A stretch of 64,000 bases of DNA, taken from the NCBI GenBank assembly GCA_965213625.1, contig CBDBZU010000004.1, positions 2,304,001 through 2,368,000 of the forward strand, read 5' to 3'. The position numbers and the translations under genes are program-made. Below the pieces are notes generated by a model. It worked only from the letters and a program-made list of their open reading frames with translations, searched no databases and was not told the DNA's origin. The stretch comes from a bacterium. Its GTDB lineage: Bacteria > UBA8248. Below are positions 41,587 through 51,480 of this stretch, piece after piece (within the stretch, counting starts at the first letter, position 1; every line of letters starts with the position of its first letter).

Positions 41587-41768
41587 AAAGAAAGCCGCCC
41601 ACCGCCCATAATCGAGTAACATTGAAGAAAGAAACTGTTTTGTCGCTCACGTATTTACCACAAAGCCGTTTGTCGCTCACTTTTGGGCGAAAATGATTGA
41701 CAAAACCATTAGCTGAGCATTTATTAACTGCAAACGCGCCCCCGCCCGTAAATGGAGATGATGAGCCG

Positions 41769-42446
41769 ATGTCGGTCCCAGGGGTTCGCTCACGCTATCT
41801 ATTCTGGAAACGGGCGTCTCGCGCGCGCCGGCGACGCCATTTTTTGCTCGCTTTCGCCCTCGTATTTCTCGTGAGCGGCTGCGTCACGCCCACGCCGAGG
41901 CGGCAGGGGAATATCTGTTCGGTTTTCGATCAGAAGCCCGACTGGTACGACTACGCCCGCGCGTCCGAGAAGAGTTGGGGCACGCCGGTGCACGTGCTCA
42001 TGGCGTTCGTGTGGAAGGAGTCGAGCTTCCGGAGCCACGCGAGGCCGCCCATGCGGTGGTTCCTGTTCATCCCGCTCGGCCGCCCCTCCACGGCGCTGGG
42101 CTATGCGCAGCCACTGAACCAGACCTGGCGGGACTACAAGAAGGAGCGCGGCCACATATTGAGCAGCCGCACGCGCATGAAGGACGCGCTCGATTTCATC
42201 GGCTGGTACAACGCCAAGTCACGTCGCGAACTGGGCATTTCCCTGAACGACGCCCACAGGCTCTACCTCGCTTATCACGAGGGAAGGGGTGGCTACCGGC
42301 GCGGCACCTGGAAGAAAAAACCGAAATTGCGTCGCGCGGCGCAGCGGGTGGCCGAGACCGCCCGTCGCTACAAGGCGCAGCTTGCGCGTTGCGAGTCGAA
42401 GTACCGCTGTGATTCCTGGTATCAAATCTGGCCATTTTGCCGCTGA
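41769..42446 (+). CDS. SLT-like transglycosylase-domain lipoprotein (start uncertain)
   Basis: Lipobox VSGC; KESSF, ALGYAQ, YLAYHEG.GGY. Confidence 0.8.
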   Translation: MSVPGVRSRYLFWKRASRARRRRHFLLAFALVFLVSGCVTPTPRRQGNICSVFDQKPDWYDYARASEKSWGTPVHVLMAFVWKESSFRSHARPPMRWFLFIPLGRPSTALGYAQPLNQTWRDYKKERGHILSSRTRMKDALDFIGWYNAKSRRELGISLNDAHRLYLAYHEGRGGYRRGTWKKKPKLRRAAQRVAETARRYKAQLARCESKYRCDSWYQIWPFCR

Positions 42447-42456
42447 GGGTTTCAGA

Positions 42457-43137
42457 ATGTTTCCGTACCGTTTTATTAAATGTCCTGCGATTGTCATCTG
42501 CGTTCTGACCGCTCTTCTCGCCCTCGCTCCCGGCGCTCTCCAGGCGGAGGAGGTCGTGCTCGGCCGCTTCTCGGCGGGCGATCTCACGGGCTGGGAGCCC
42601 AAGAGCTTCGAGGGAGAAACCAGGTACCGCCTGATCAAGGAGAAGGGCGGCGAAACCGTGCTCGAAGCGGTGAGCAAGGCGACTGCGTCCGGCCTCGTGC
42701 TCAAGCGCAAGATCGACGTCACCAAAACGCCTGTCCTCATCTGGCGCTGGCGGATAGAACACCCCGTCAACCCACCGGATGAACTGTCGAAAGAGGGAGA
42801 CGACTTCGCCGTCCGTGTCTATTTCCTGGCGCCCGGCGCCGGCTGGCTCTCTTTTCCGGATTCGGTCGTTTACGTCTGGGCCAGCAGCCAGCCCGCAGGC
42901 TCCGCCTGGCCGAACCCCTATACGAAAAAGGCCCACATGGTCGCCGTCGATTCCGGCATGAAGCACGCCGGGCAGTGGCGCACCCATCGCCGGAACATGC
43001 GCGAAGATTTCAAGCGCTACTTCGGCCGCGACATCACCGAGATCACCCACATCGCCATCATGACCGACACCGACAACAGCAAGCTCTCGGCCCGGGGCTG
43101 GTACGGCGACATCCGCGTCGCCCCCGCCGGGCCATAG
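42457..43137 (+). CDS. DUF3047-domain exported protein
   Basis: Signal peptide; ASGL, L.WRW, GDDFAVRVY, YVW, MTDTDNS. Confidence 0.85.
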   Translation: MFPYRFIKCPAIVICVLTALLALAPGALQAEEVVLGRFSAGDLTGWEPKSFEGETRYRLIKEKGGETVLEAVSKATASGLVLKRKIDVTKTPVLIWRWRIEHPVNPPDELSKEGDDFAVRVYFLAPGAGWLSFPDSVVYVWASSQPAGSAWPNPYTKKAHMVAVDSGMKHAGQWRTHRRNMREDFKRYFGRDITEITHIAIMTDTDNSKLSARGWYGDIRVAPAGP

Positions 43138-43168
43138 AACGCGACCCGCTGACGGGTGGCTTCACGCC

Positions 43169-44008
43169 CTAGGAGCTCTTTTCCGATTTGTACTTTTCGA
43201 TGGCGGCCAGCGCCTGGCTGTGATCCTCGGGGTCTTCCACGCGGCGCACGGTATCCATCGCGTCGTCGATTTGCCCCGCCACTGCCTGCGCAACGGCGAT
43301 ATCCCTGTAGGCCCAGGAGCGGTACAGCGCCTTGCTGATGCCGCTTGCGGAGTTGAGTGCGGCGGGAAAATCTCCCGCTTGCGCCTGAGCCGTGGCGATT
43401 TCCTGCAGGGCCCAGGAGCGCCAGGAAGAGTCGCCGATTTCGCGGGCGCTTTGAACGGCGGCGGTGAAATCTCCCGCCTCGGCCAGGTCCATGACGCTTC
43501 GCCACGCTTCTTTGGAAAGGTTTTTTTCGTCGCGGATCTCCTCGATCGCTTCGAGAGCGGCGTTCAACGTATGGGAGGCGATTGTAGCGGCGGGACCACT
43601 CTGAATGGCGGAGAAGTGCTTGAGCGCCTCCATTTGATCATCGGGGTCGTCGATGCGGCGTATCGTCTCAATGGCTTCACTGATATGTCCCGCCCTTGCC
43701 TGTGCGATGGCGATTTCCCTTAAGGCGGAGGCGTAAAAAAGAGCGCTTCCGATGCCCCGCGCGGTCTCGATGGCGCCTTCGATATTCCCTGCCTTTGCCT
43801 GTGAGTTGGCGAGCTGACTCAGATGAATGGAACGGTTCACGATTTCGCTGAGGTATCGGGCGCTTTCGGTCTCGGGGGTGAGCTTTCGCCCGTCAAGCGC
43901 GTCATCCCGGATTTCCTCGCTTTCCGGCAAGAAAGATGGCGGAGCCGGCTTCTCGACTTCGCGCGAATCCCCCAGAAATCGCATGAAACTCCGGATTATT
44001 CTTTTCAT
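43169..44008 (-). CDS. Helical (TPR-like) repeat protein
   Basis: Repeats of AL.EIA.AQA.AG...A...A..I; RBS GGAGGA before ATG 44008. Confidence 0.75.
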   Translation of the reverse strand: MKRIIRSFMRFLGDSREVEKPAPPSFLPESEEIRDDALDGRKLTPETESARYLSEIVNRSIHLSQLANSQAKAGNIEGAIETARGIGSALFYASALREIAIAQARAGHISEAIETIRRIDDPDDQMEALKHFSAIQSGPAATIASHTLNAALEAIEEIRDEKNLSKEAWRSVMDLAEAGDFTAAVQSAREIGDSSWRSWALQEIATAQAQAGDFPAALNSASGISKALYRSWAYRDIAVAQAVAGQIDDAMDTVRRVEDPEDHSQALAAIEKYKSEKSS

Positions 44009-44258
44009 TCGGCTCCTCCCATATCCTGCACGGGAGCATTGGTCTTTCTCAGGTTTATCCCTATTAGATTGATAGTATTTGTGTTGTTTTACCTGGTTCA
44101 TTCTCTTCAAATTCGTTTTGTCATGCAATAAAAAAAAGAGCCGAAAGTCCTGATTCGCAGATTCTCGCAATGTATACGATATAAATACATGCGATGAACC
44201 AATAAAATACAAAATTTACTGGCGCTACGTTGGGTAGGATGGGGCAAGTTCTGCGGTT

Positions 44259-46295
44259 TTACTCCTCGATCGCCTCGGCGACGAGTTCGGCGATGTCGGC
44301 GGCGCGGATGTTCTTATCGGGGTCGAGCGCCTTAAGAGCGTCATCGAACATCTGCATGCAGAAGGGACACGACACGGCGGCGGTTTCGGCCCCGCAGGCC
44401 TTCACATCCGCGAGCCGCTCGTGGTTGATGCGCTTTTGCGGGTCATCGTCCATCCAGGCGTAGCCGCCTCCCGCGCCGCAACACAGCGAACGCGAACGGT
44501 TGCGTTCCAGTTCCGTAAAGCCGCCGTCAGAAATCTGGTGCAGCACCTCGCGCGGGGCGTCGTATACGCCGTTGTGGCGGCCCAGGTAGCAGGGGTCGTG
44601 GTAAGTGAGGGAGCCGAGCGATTTCTTGAGTTTGAGCTTTCCAGATTTTATCAGTTCCGCGATGAGCTGCGTGTGGTGTACCACCTCGTAGTTCCCCCCG
44701 AAGTCGGGGTATTCGTTCTTGTACGTGTTGAAGCAATGCGGGCAGGTGGTGATGATTTTCTTCACCTCGTAGCCGTTCAGCGTCTCGATGTTCTGCTTCG
44801 CGCACATCTGGAAGGTGAATTCACCCCCGACCCGTCGGGCCGGGTCGCCCGTGCAGACCTCCTCCGCACCCAGGATGGCGAAGTCCACGCCCGCCGCGTC
44901 CAGAATTTTCACCATCGCCCGCGACACCTCGATGTTGCGGTCGATCATCGAACCCGTACAGCCCACCCAGTAGAGGTATTCCGCCTTCCCGCCGCTTGCG
45001 AGGACTTTTACGTCGAGCCCCTCGTACCATTCCTCGCGGTTGTGCTGCGCGCCCACCCAGGGGTGGAGCCGCTCGTCCATCGACTTCAGGAACTGGCGCG
45101 CGTCCTCGCTCGTTTTCGATTCCATCATCACCAGGTAGCGGCGCATGTCCACCATTTTTGGAATATGCTCGATAAATACGGGGCACTCCTGCTGGCAGGC
45201 CCCGCAGGTGCGGCAGCCCCAGAGTTCTTCCTCGAGTACGGCGGGTTCATCCCCGGGCTCGCCGAACAGGGGCGCTCTCTCGCCCGCTTCTCCGTTTTCC
45301 GCAAGCGCCGCCGGGCCCGCCTCGCTCAAGTGCGCCTTCATGTCCTGGATCAGCTTTTTGGGGCTGAGCGGCACGCCGCTCATGTAGGCGGGGCAGACGT
45401 CCTGGCAGCGGCCGCAGTTGGTGCACGCGTCCAGGTCCAGCAGGTTTTTCCAGGTGTACCCTTCGATTTTCTCGACGCCCAGGGTTTCGATGGCCTCGGG
45501 GTCCGCTTCCATCGTCGCCTCGATGTCGATGAAGGTCAGCTTGCCGCTCGATTCCAGATTTCTGCAGAACATGTTCAACAGGCCGTACCAGATGTGGTTG
45601 AATTTCCCGAAACCCATGTAGCCGAGCAGCACGAATGCGGTGACCGCGTGGAACCACCAGTTGATGCGGTGGAGGAACCGGAGCGTCTCGATGCTCAGAC
45701 CCTGGAGGGTGAGGGCGACCGCGTAGCCGCCCGGCGACCACGGCGCCAGGGCCGGGTTGTGTATAAGTTCGGTCGCCGCGATGCGAAGCCCCTCCACGAC
45801 GAAGCCCTGGACGAATACGAGCAGCAGCAGCCAGAGCGCGAGGTAGTCGTCCAGCACGGAGTTCATGCGCTCGGGCTTCATCACCAGGCGCCGCCAAAGC
45901 GCCATCAATATGCCGACGATACCCAACAGTCCGAAGCCGTCGCTGAGCAGCGAGTAGCCCAGGTAGAGGTTTCCCTTCAGGTAGTGGATTCCCGTCCATT
46001 CCTGAACGGCAATCATCGAGGTAGCGATGAGTTCGGCGAAAAAGCCGTAAAAGATGAACAGGTGCATGAGGCCGGGGTAGGGGTCCCGCAGCATACGGCG
46101 GTGGACCACCAGTTCATCCACCACGCCCCAGAGGCGTTTCACCGGATTGTCGGTTCTCAGTTCCCCGCCGCCCAGGCGCCACAGGCGCACGCGCTGGTAG
46201 ATACCGTATGACATCACGCCGATAGCCGCCGCGGCGAAGAGGTAGACCAAGGGGCCGAAAACGATGTTCCAGTAAATTTCCCGCGTGGGTGTCAT
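44259..46295 (-). CDS. FadF-like membrane Fe-S oxidoreductase (cytochrome b-like TM + 2x[4Fe-4S] + CCG domains)
   Basis: CTNCGRCQDVCP, CRTCGACQQECP, CPHC, YHDPCYLGR, CCGAGGG, CPFC. Confidence 0.92.
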   Translation of the reverse strand: MTPTREIYWNIVFGPLVYLFAAAAIGVMSYGIYQRVRLWRLGGGELRTDNPVKRLWGVVDELVVHRRMLRDPYPGLMHLFIFYGFFAELIATSMIAVQEWTGIHYLKGNLYLGYSLLSDGFGLLGIVGILMALWRRLVMKPERMNSVLDDYLALWLLLLVFVQGFVVEGLRIAATELIHNPALAPWSPGGYAVALTLQGLSIETLRFLHRINWWFHAVTAFVLLGYMGFGKFNHIWYGLLNMFCRNLESSGKLTFIDIEATMEADPEAIETLGVEKIEGYTWKNLLDLDACTNCGRCQDVCPAYMSGVPLSPKKLIQDMKAHLSEAGPAALAENGEAGERAPLFGEPGDEPAVLEEELWGCRTCGACQQECPVFIEHIPKMVDMRRYLVMMESKTSEDARQFLKSMDERLHPWVGAQHNREEWYEGLDVKVLASGGKAEYLYWVGCTGSMIDRNIEVSRAMVKILDAAGVDFAILGAEEVCTGDPARRVGGEFTFQMCAKQNIETLNGYEVKKIITTCPHCFNTYKNEYPDFGGNYEVVHHTQLIAELIKSGKLKLKKSLGSLTYHDPCYLGRHNGVYDAPREVLHQISDGGFTELERNRSRSLCCGAGGGYAWMDDDPQKRINHERLADVKACGAETAAVSCPFCMQMFDDALKALDPDKNIRAADIAELVAEAIEE

Positions 46296-46467
46296 GTGAA
46301 ATTCCTGTGGGGCGATTCATTGCGTTGTCGTTTATTTCTGATTCACCGAGGTTACGAAAACTGGGGGCAAAAGTCGACACGTCTTTTCGTTCATTTGAAA
46401 CACGGCTTTCTTTACAGGATAATCGGGCTGGAACCTTCCATAGTATTTCGAAACGCGGAGATGGCCG

Positions 46468-46881
46468 ATGAACGAGAGAAAAATACGCGTACTGGTGGGA
46501 AAGCCCGGCCTCGACGGCCACGACAGGGGGGCGAAGGTGGTCGCGCGCGCGCTCCGGGACGCCGGTATGGAGGTAATTTACACCGGCATCCGCCAGACGC
46601 CCGAGCAAATCGCCTCGACAGCCATGCAGGAAGACGTCGACTGCGTGGGCCTCTCGATACTATCGGGCGCACACAACCACCTGTTCCCCAGAATCCGTGA
46701 ATTGCTCGATGGGCACGGCATGGAGGACGTTTTGCTCTTCGGGGGCGGCATTGTGCCGGATGAGGATATTCCCTCACTCAAGGAAAAGGGGGTGGACGAG
46801 ATTTTCACCCCGGGCGCGACGATGGAGGACATCGTCGCCTATGTGCGCGAAACGGTGGCCCGGCGCAGGGAAAACGCCTGA
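46468..46881 (+). CDS. Cobalamin-binding subunit of an acyl-CoA (methylmalonyl-CoA-type) mutase
   Basis: [25 protein letters not shown]. Confidence 0.93.
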   Translation: MNERKIRVLVGKPGLDGHDRGAKVVARALRDAGMEVIYTGIRQTPEQIASTAMQEDVDCVGLSILSGAHNHLFPRIRELLDGHGMEDVLLFGGGIVPDEDIPSLKEKGVDEIFTPGATMEDIVAYVRETVARRRENA

Positions 46882-46983
46882 GGGCGTGGCTTCGTTGCGG
46901 TGCGAAGGCGCAGTTCGTATACTGCGCGCTCATGAGCAGGACGGGGCGCAAGATTCGGGATGAAAATTTCTTGGAGCGGCAAG

Positions 46984-47460
46984 ATGAAGAATTCATGGAT
47001 CATGATATTGGCGGTCTGCTTGCTGCTCGTTTCCGCCTGTCAGCGCAAGCCCATCGAAAGGGCCGTACGCGGTTCTCTTCCCAAGGTGGAGGAGAATGTG
47101 GTCGTAACGTCCTACTGCCAAAGCTGTCATCTTCATGCAAGTTTTCAGGCAGCCCCGCACGTCGAGAAGCAACAGCTTCGCTATGAAGAGAAAAGCCCGC
47201 TGCGCACGGCCACACAATGCCTCGCATGCCACCTGGTCCGCCCCGAGTCGTTTTTCAAAGTAGAGCAGCGCAGCACCAAGTTCCCGCACGGCGCATTGGT
47301 TGAGATGGCCAATATACCCAAGCCTAAACCGCCCAAGGCCGCCCCTCGTCTGAAAAGAGAGAAAGGGCCGGGGCCTGCGCCCGAACAGGAAACTCCTGTT
47401 CCCGCCGTCAAAGAACAAAAGAAGAAAAAACGGCGCTGGTATTTCCTCTATCTCTTCTGA
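46984..47460 (+). CDS. Putative diheme c-type cytochrome lipoprotein
   Basis: Lipobox VSAC; CQSCH and CLACH; Pro/Lys-rich tail ending KKKKRRWYFLYLF. Confidence 0.7.
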   Translation: MKNSWIMILAVCLLLVSACQRKPIERAVRGSLPKVEENVVVTSYCQSCHLHASFQAAPHVEKQQLRYEEKSPLRTATQCLACHLVRPESFFKVEQRSTKFPHGALVEMANIPKPKPPKAAPRLKREKGPGPAPEQETPVPAVKEQKKKKRRWYFLYLF

Positions 47461-48257
47461 GTCGGGTCGAGCAGGTCTCTCAGCCCGTCGCCCAGGATGT
47501 TCAGGCCCATAACGGTGAGGGCGATGGCGATTCCCGGATAAATCGTCAGGTGCGGGGCGACGAGCAGGAAATCGCGCCCCTCGGCCAGCATCGCTCCCCA
47601 GCTCGGCTCGGGCGGCTGGATCCCCAGTCCCAGGAACGATAGTCCCGATTCGGCAAGAATCGCTCCCGCCATGCCGATGCTTGCCTCCACGATGACCGGC
47701 GAAATGACGTTCGTGAATAGATGGAAAGTGAGGATCCGCGCGGGTTTGGCGCCTGCGGCGTGGGCGGCGATAACGAATTCGCGCTCGCGCAATGCCAGCA
47801 CCTGCGCGCGGACGAGGCGCGCGTAGCCCACCCATCCGAACACCGAAAGCGATATGACGATGTTCCACAGACTCGGCGCGAGCACCGACATGAGCGCGAT
47901 GGCGAGCAGAATGCCGGGAAAGGCCAGGAACACGTCGGTGACGCGCATGATCGTCTCATCCCAAACGCCGCCGAGATAGCCCGCGATTCCCCCGATGATG
48001 ACGCCCAGAAGTACGGATACCGACACGGCGGCGAAGCCCACGGTGAGCGAGATTCTCCCGCCGTGCAAGACGCGGCTCAGGATGTCGCGGCCGAGTTTGT
48101 CCCGCCCGAAGGGGTGCGCCGTCTCGGGCGCCGCAAGTCCCTGGGCCAACTCCATCTCATAGGGGTTTTGGGGCGCGAGGAGCGGAGCGGCCAAGGTGGC
48201 GATGAGTAAAAGGGCGATGATGCCCCCGCCCAGGTATATGGAAAGCCTGCGCTTCAT
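47448..48257 (-). CDS. Peptide/nickel ABC permease (DppC/OppC type)
   Basis: HPFGRDKLGRDI, EAA-like REFVIAAHAAGA, LSFLGLG.QPP..SWG; real start MKRRLS at 48257. Confidence 0.92.
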   Translation of the reverse strand: MKRRLSIYLGGGIIALLLIATLAAPLLAPQNPYEMELAQGLAAPETAHPFGRDKLGRDILSRVLHGGRISLTVGFAAVSVSVLLGVIIGGIAGYLGGVWDETIMRVTDVFLAFPGILLAIALMSVLAPSLWNIVISLSVFGWVGYARLVRAQVLALREREFVIAAHAAGAKPARILTFHLFTNVISPVIVEASIGMAGAILAESGLSFLGLGIQPPEPSWGAMLAEGRDFLLVAPHLTIYPGIAIALTVMGLNILGDGLRDLLDPTQKR

Positions 48258-49174
48258 GTGAGCCTCACGCGCGGGTCGAGCCAGGCGTACGCGATGTCGG
48301 CCAGAAAGTTCGCGCTCACGTAGACGGCGGCGATGAACAGCACACAGCCCTGCACGAGGGGGTAGTCGCGTGAGGCGATGGCCTGAATCACCAGGCGGCC
48401 CACGCCGGGCCAGGCGAAGACGGTCTCGGTGATGATGGCGCCCGAGAGCAGGGCGCCGAGCTGGAGGCTCAGTATCGTGATGAGCGGCAGGCACGCGTTC
48501 TTGAGCGCATGGAGCCAGAGCACCTTTTTCTCCGAAATGCCCTTCGCGCGCGCCGTGCTTATGTAGTCTTGCGGCAGCACTTCCAGCAGGCTCGATCGCG
48601 TCATTCGCATTATTATCGGAGAGAGTGCGGTGCCGAGCGACACGGCGGGGAGGATGAGGCTGAATGCGCCCTCCCGGCCCGAGACGGGGAGCCACCCCAG
48701 CCCGATGGAGAAGACGATGATAAGCAGCGGCCCGAGCCAGAAGACGGGCATGCTCGCGCCCGCCACGGCGAGAAAACCGGCCCCGACGTCGAGCAACGTG
48801 CCCTGTCTTCGAGCCGCCGCGATTCCCAGCGGAAGCGAGATGAGCAGGGCCACCGCCATCGAGGCGAGCGTGAGTTCCGCCGAAGCATAGGTGCGTTCGA
48901 AGATGATGGTCGAGACCGCTCTTTTCTGGTGGAGCGATGTGCCTAAATCTCCCCGCAGGAGACCTCCCATGTAATCGGCGTATTGAACGCCCAGGGGCCT
49001 GTCCAGCCCCAGCGTCTTGCGCAGTAGTTCGCGCTGGGCGGGCCGGGCGGTTTCGCCCAGCATCAGGTCTACCGGGTCGCCCGGCAGCACCTGTGTGACG
49101 ACGAAAACGAGCGTCGTCACCCCCCACAGGACGGGGATGAGGAGCAGAATGCGTCTTAAGAGAAATTTTCTCAT
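48254..49174 (-). CDS. Peptide/nickel ABC permease (DppB/OppB type)
   Basis: LPGDP, GDLGTS, DYISTARAKG, ETVFAWPGVG, RDYPLVQG. Confidence 0.94.
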   Translation of the reverse strand: MRKFLLRRILLLIPVLWGVTTLVFVVTQVLPGDPVDLMLGETARPAQRELLRKTLGLDRPLGVQYADYMGGLLRGDLGTSLHQKRAVSTIIFERTYASAELTLASMAVALLISLPLGIAAARRQGTLLDVGAGFLAVAGASMPVFWLGPLLIIVFSIGLGWLPVSGREGAFSLILPAVSLGTALSPIIMRMTRSSLLEVLPQDYISTARAKGISEKKVLWLHALKNACLPLITILSLQLGALLSGAIITETVFAWPGVGRLVIQAIASRDYPLVQGCVLFIAAVYVSANFLADIAYAWLDPRVRLT

Positions 49175-50725
49175 CTATCGCTCCGCCGCCGGGGAGAGGT
49201 TAGCCCTCGCCAGCGAGATGAAGTCCGCGTCCGGGAACACCCGGTATCCCGAAATGCGCCTGTCGAAGACGGCCACGTTCACGCTGTGCCACAGGTTGAT
49301 GTAGGGAAGCTCACGGCCCAGGATGCGCTGCACTTCGCCGTAGATGCGGGCGCGCGCCTTTGGCGCGATGGGTTGGCGAGCATCTTCCAGGAGCGTGTCC
49401 ACCCGTGCGTTCTTGTATAAGCCCCGGTTGAGACCGGCCGGCGGCATGAAGTGGCTGTGAAAGATGTAGCGGTAGATGTCGGGGTCCGATATGCCGACCC
49501 ACGTCAGGCTGTAGAGCTGGAAGTTCCCGTTTCTGATGTCGCCGAAAAACGTGCCCCACTCATAGGAGCGGATTTTCATCTTTATCCCCACCTGGGCGAG
49601 TTGATGACCGAACACGGTGGCGATTCGGCGGCCAAGCTCGTTTTGCGAGGTTTTGTAGACGAGTGTGAAGCGCGGCTCGGGCCCCGGCCCGTCGGGGTCG
49701 GGAAATCCAGCCTCGTCGAGTAGTTTTTTCGCCAACTCCGGGCGGTGCGCGTAGCTTGGAAGACCTTTTTGGTGCGCCCAGTGATCCGGCGGCAGCAGGC
49801 TGTCCGCCTCCTGGACGAGGCCCTTGTGGATGAAGCGCACGATGGGCCGCCTGTCGATGGCGTGGGCGATTGCGCGCCGCACCTCGAGTTTCGAGAGGAT
49901 CGGGTCGCTCAGGTTGAAGCCGATGTAGCTGAAGTTCGTACCCAGCCGCTTGCGTATCTTGAGCCGCTTATTCTTGATGAAGCGCGGCAGAATATCGGGC
50001 GAAAAGGCGTTCTGGAGAAAGTCGACCCCCCCGCTTTCGAGTTCCAGGACGCGGATGGTCTCCTCCGGCAGTATCCGGAAGATGAGGCGCTCATAAGCGG
50101 GCTTTCCCGCGAAATGTCCGGGAAACGCCTTAAGCGCGATCCGCTCGTCCGGCGTGAATTCCACGAACTCGAACGGGCCGGTACCGACGGGTTTTTGGGC
50201 GAATCGCTTTCCCGTTTCGCGCGCGCTTTTGGGGAGGATGCCGACCATGAGGGATTCCGCGAACGAGGCGGAGGGTTCAGAGAGGTGAAAGACGACACTG
50301 TGCGGGGTTGGCGTTTCGATGCGCTCGAGTTCCTTGAGTCCCGCCGCCTTGGGCGAGGCGAGGGAGGGGTCGCGAATGGAGTCGAAGGTGTACTTCACGT
50401 CGGATGAGGTGAGGGCTTCGCCGTTGTGGAACCGCACCCCGCGCCTGAGTAAGAAACGGTGGACGAGAGGCGTGGGCCGCTCCCATTTCTCGGCGAGCTC
50501 CAGGACAATTCGGCCCTCGTGGTCATGCGATATCAGACGGCTGAAGATGAAGCGCTGCACCTTGGAGGAGATAGCGTCTTGCGAAAGCCTCGGGTCGAGT
50601 TGTGTGGGGTTGGTGCCGATTCCGACGACGATGGCGTCGTTTTTTTGCGAACGCTCCTCCCCGCAGGCGGATAAAAACGCGCACGCGAGGATGAGGGCCA
50701 CAAGAGCGAGCGATTTGTTTCTCAC
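49175..50725 (-). CDS. Peptide ABC substrate-binding lipoprotein (family 5)
   Basis: Lipobox LSAC; LDP, LRRGVRFHNG, PVGTGPF, VRRAIAHAIDR. Confidence 0.93.
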   Translation of the reverse strand: MRNKSLALVALILACAFLSACGEERSQKNDAIVVGIGTNPTQLDPRLSQDAISSKVQRFIFSRLISHDHEGRIVLELAEKWERPTPLVHRFLLRRGVRFHNGEALTSSDVKYTFDSIRDPSLASPKAAGLKELERIETPTPHSVVFHLSEPSASFAESLMVGILPKSARETGKRFAQKPVGTGPFEFVEFTPDERIALKAFPGHFAGKPAYERLIFRILPEETIRVLELESGGVDFLQNAFSPDILPRFIKNKRLKIRKRLGTNFSYIGFNLSDPILSKLEVRRAIAHAIDRRPIVRFIHKGLVQEADSLLPPDHWAHQKGLPSYAHRPELAKKLLDEAGFPDPDGPGPEPRFTLVYKTSQNELGRRIATVFGHQLAQVGIKMKIRSYEWGTFFGDIRNGNFQLYSLTWVGISDPDIYRYIFHSHFMPPAGLNRGLYKNARVDTLLEDARQPIAPKARARIYGEVQRILGRELPYINLWHSVNVAVFDRRISGYRVFPDADFISLARANLSPAAER

Positions 50726-50913
50726 CAGAGCGTACCGGAGGGCGGGAGACGCTTGGAGATTCGCATACGCCGCGACTCATCGTCAATCCGGCTCGTCCAC
50801 AAGGTTTACAGCCCGTTCCGGGCGGATTAAGATTCGCCCCGGCAATTGTTTTTGACTCGATGACTTGGAGGCTTTCCCCGATGAGATGGTGCAAGTGTCA
50901 GTGTAAGGGAACT

Positions 50914-51429
50914 TTGCGTATAGCGGCGATTGTGCTCGCTTTCCTCTGTATGAGCGTGAACATGGCGGCGGCCGCGCCATTTGATGAGAATCGCCCCAAG
51001 GTGGGGGATAAGGCGCATGAGTTCGAGATACAGGGCTTCAAGCTGTCCGGCCTCAAGGGCAAGAAAAACCTCGTGATGATTTTCTACCGGGGGCACTTCT
51101 GAGTGATTTGCCAACGGCAACTCGTCGAGTTCCAGCGAAATTCCGATAGAATTCATCGACTTCAGACCGAGATCATCGCCATCAGCGCGGATAATGCGCT
51201 TGAGATGAACAAGACGACACGCGAGTTGGGAATCCGGTATCTGCTGATATCGGACGCGAAGAAGCGAATCATTCAAAGCTTCGGGGTGCTTCACCCGAGA
51301 GAGGGGATCGCCCGGCCCGCCACCTTCATCATCGACAAGAACGGTGTGGTTCGCTACGTTCATGTGGGCAATTATCCCAGCGACCGCCCGACGGTTCAGC
51401 AGGTGATGCAGGCCCTCGCATTTATGTGA
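50914..51429 (+). CDS. Exported peroxiredoxin-like (AhpC/TSA) selenoprotein, UxxC, with UGA read-through (start TTG 50914 inferred)
   Basis: Signal peptide, PKVGDKAHEF, MIFYRGHF-U(TGA 51100-51102)-VIC-QRQL, IIAISAD, PATFIIDKNGVVRY all in one frame. Confidence 0.88.
51118..51132 (+). promoter_or_regulatory. Putative bacterial SECIS hairpin
   Basis: AACTC-GTC-GAGTT; the G-starting loop is 21 nt after the TGA. Confidence 0.65.
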
Positions 51430-51480
51430 GAAAGCGAATCGGTATTCCCGCCCCCGCCCGGCGCGTTACGGACACCGAAT

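Noticed and set aside
47448-49127. 559-aa fused permease as given in the ORF track
   Set aside because: The N-terminal 290 aa are an off-frame overlap with dppB; the real gene starts at 48257.
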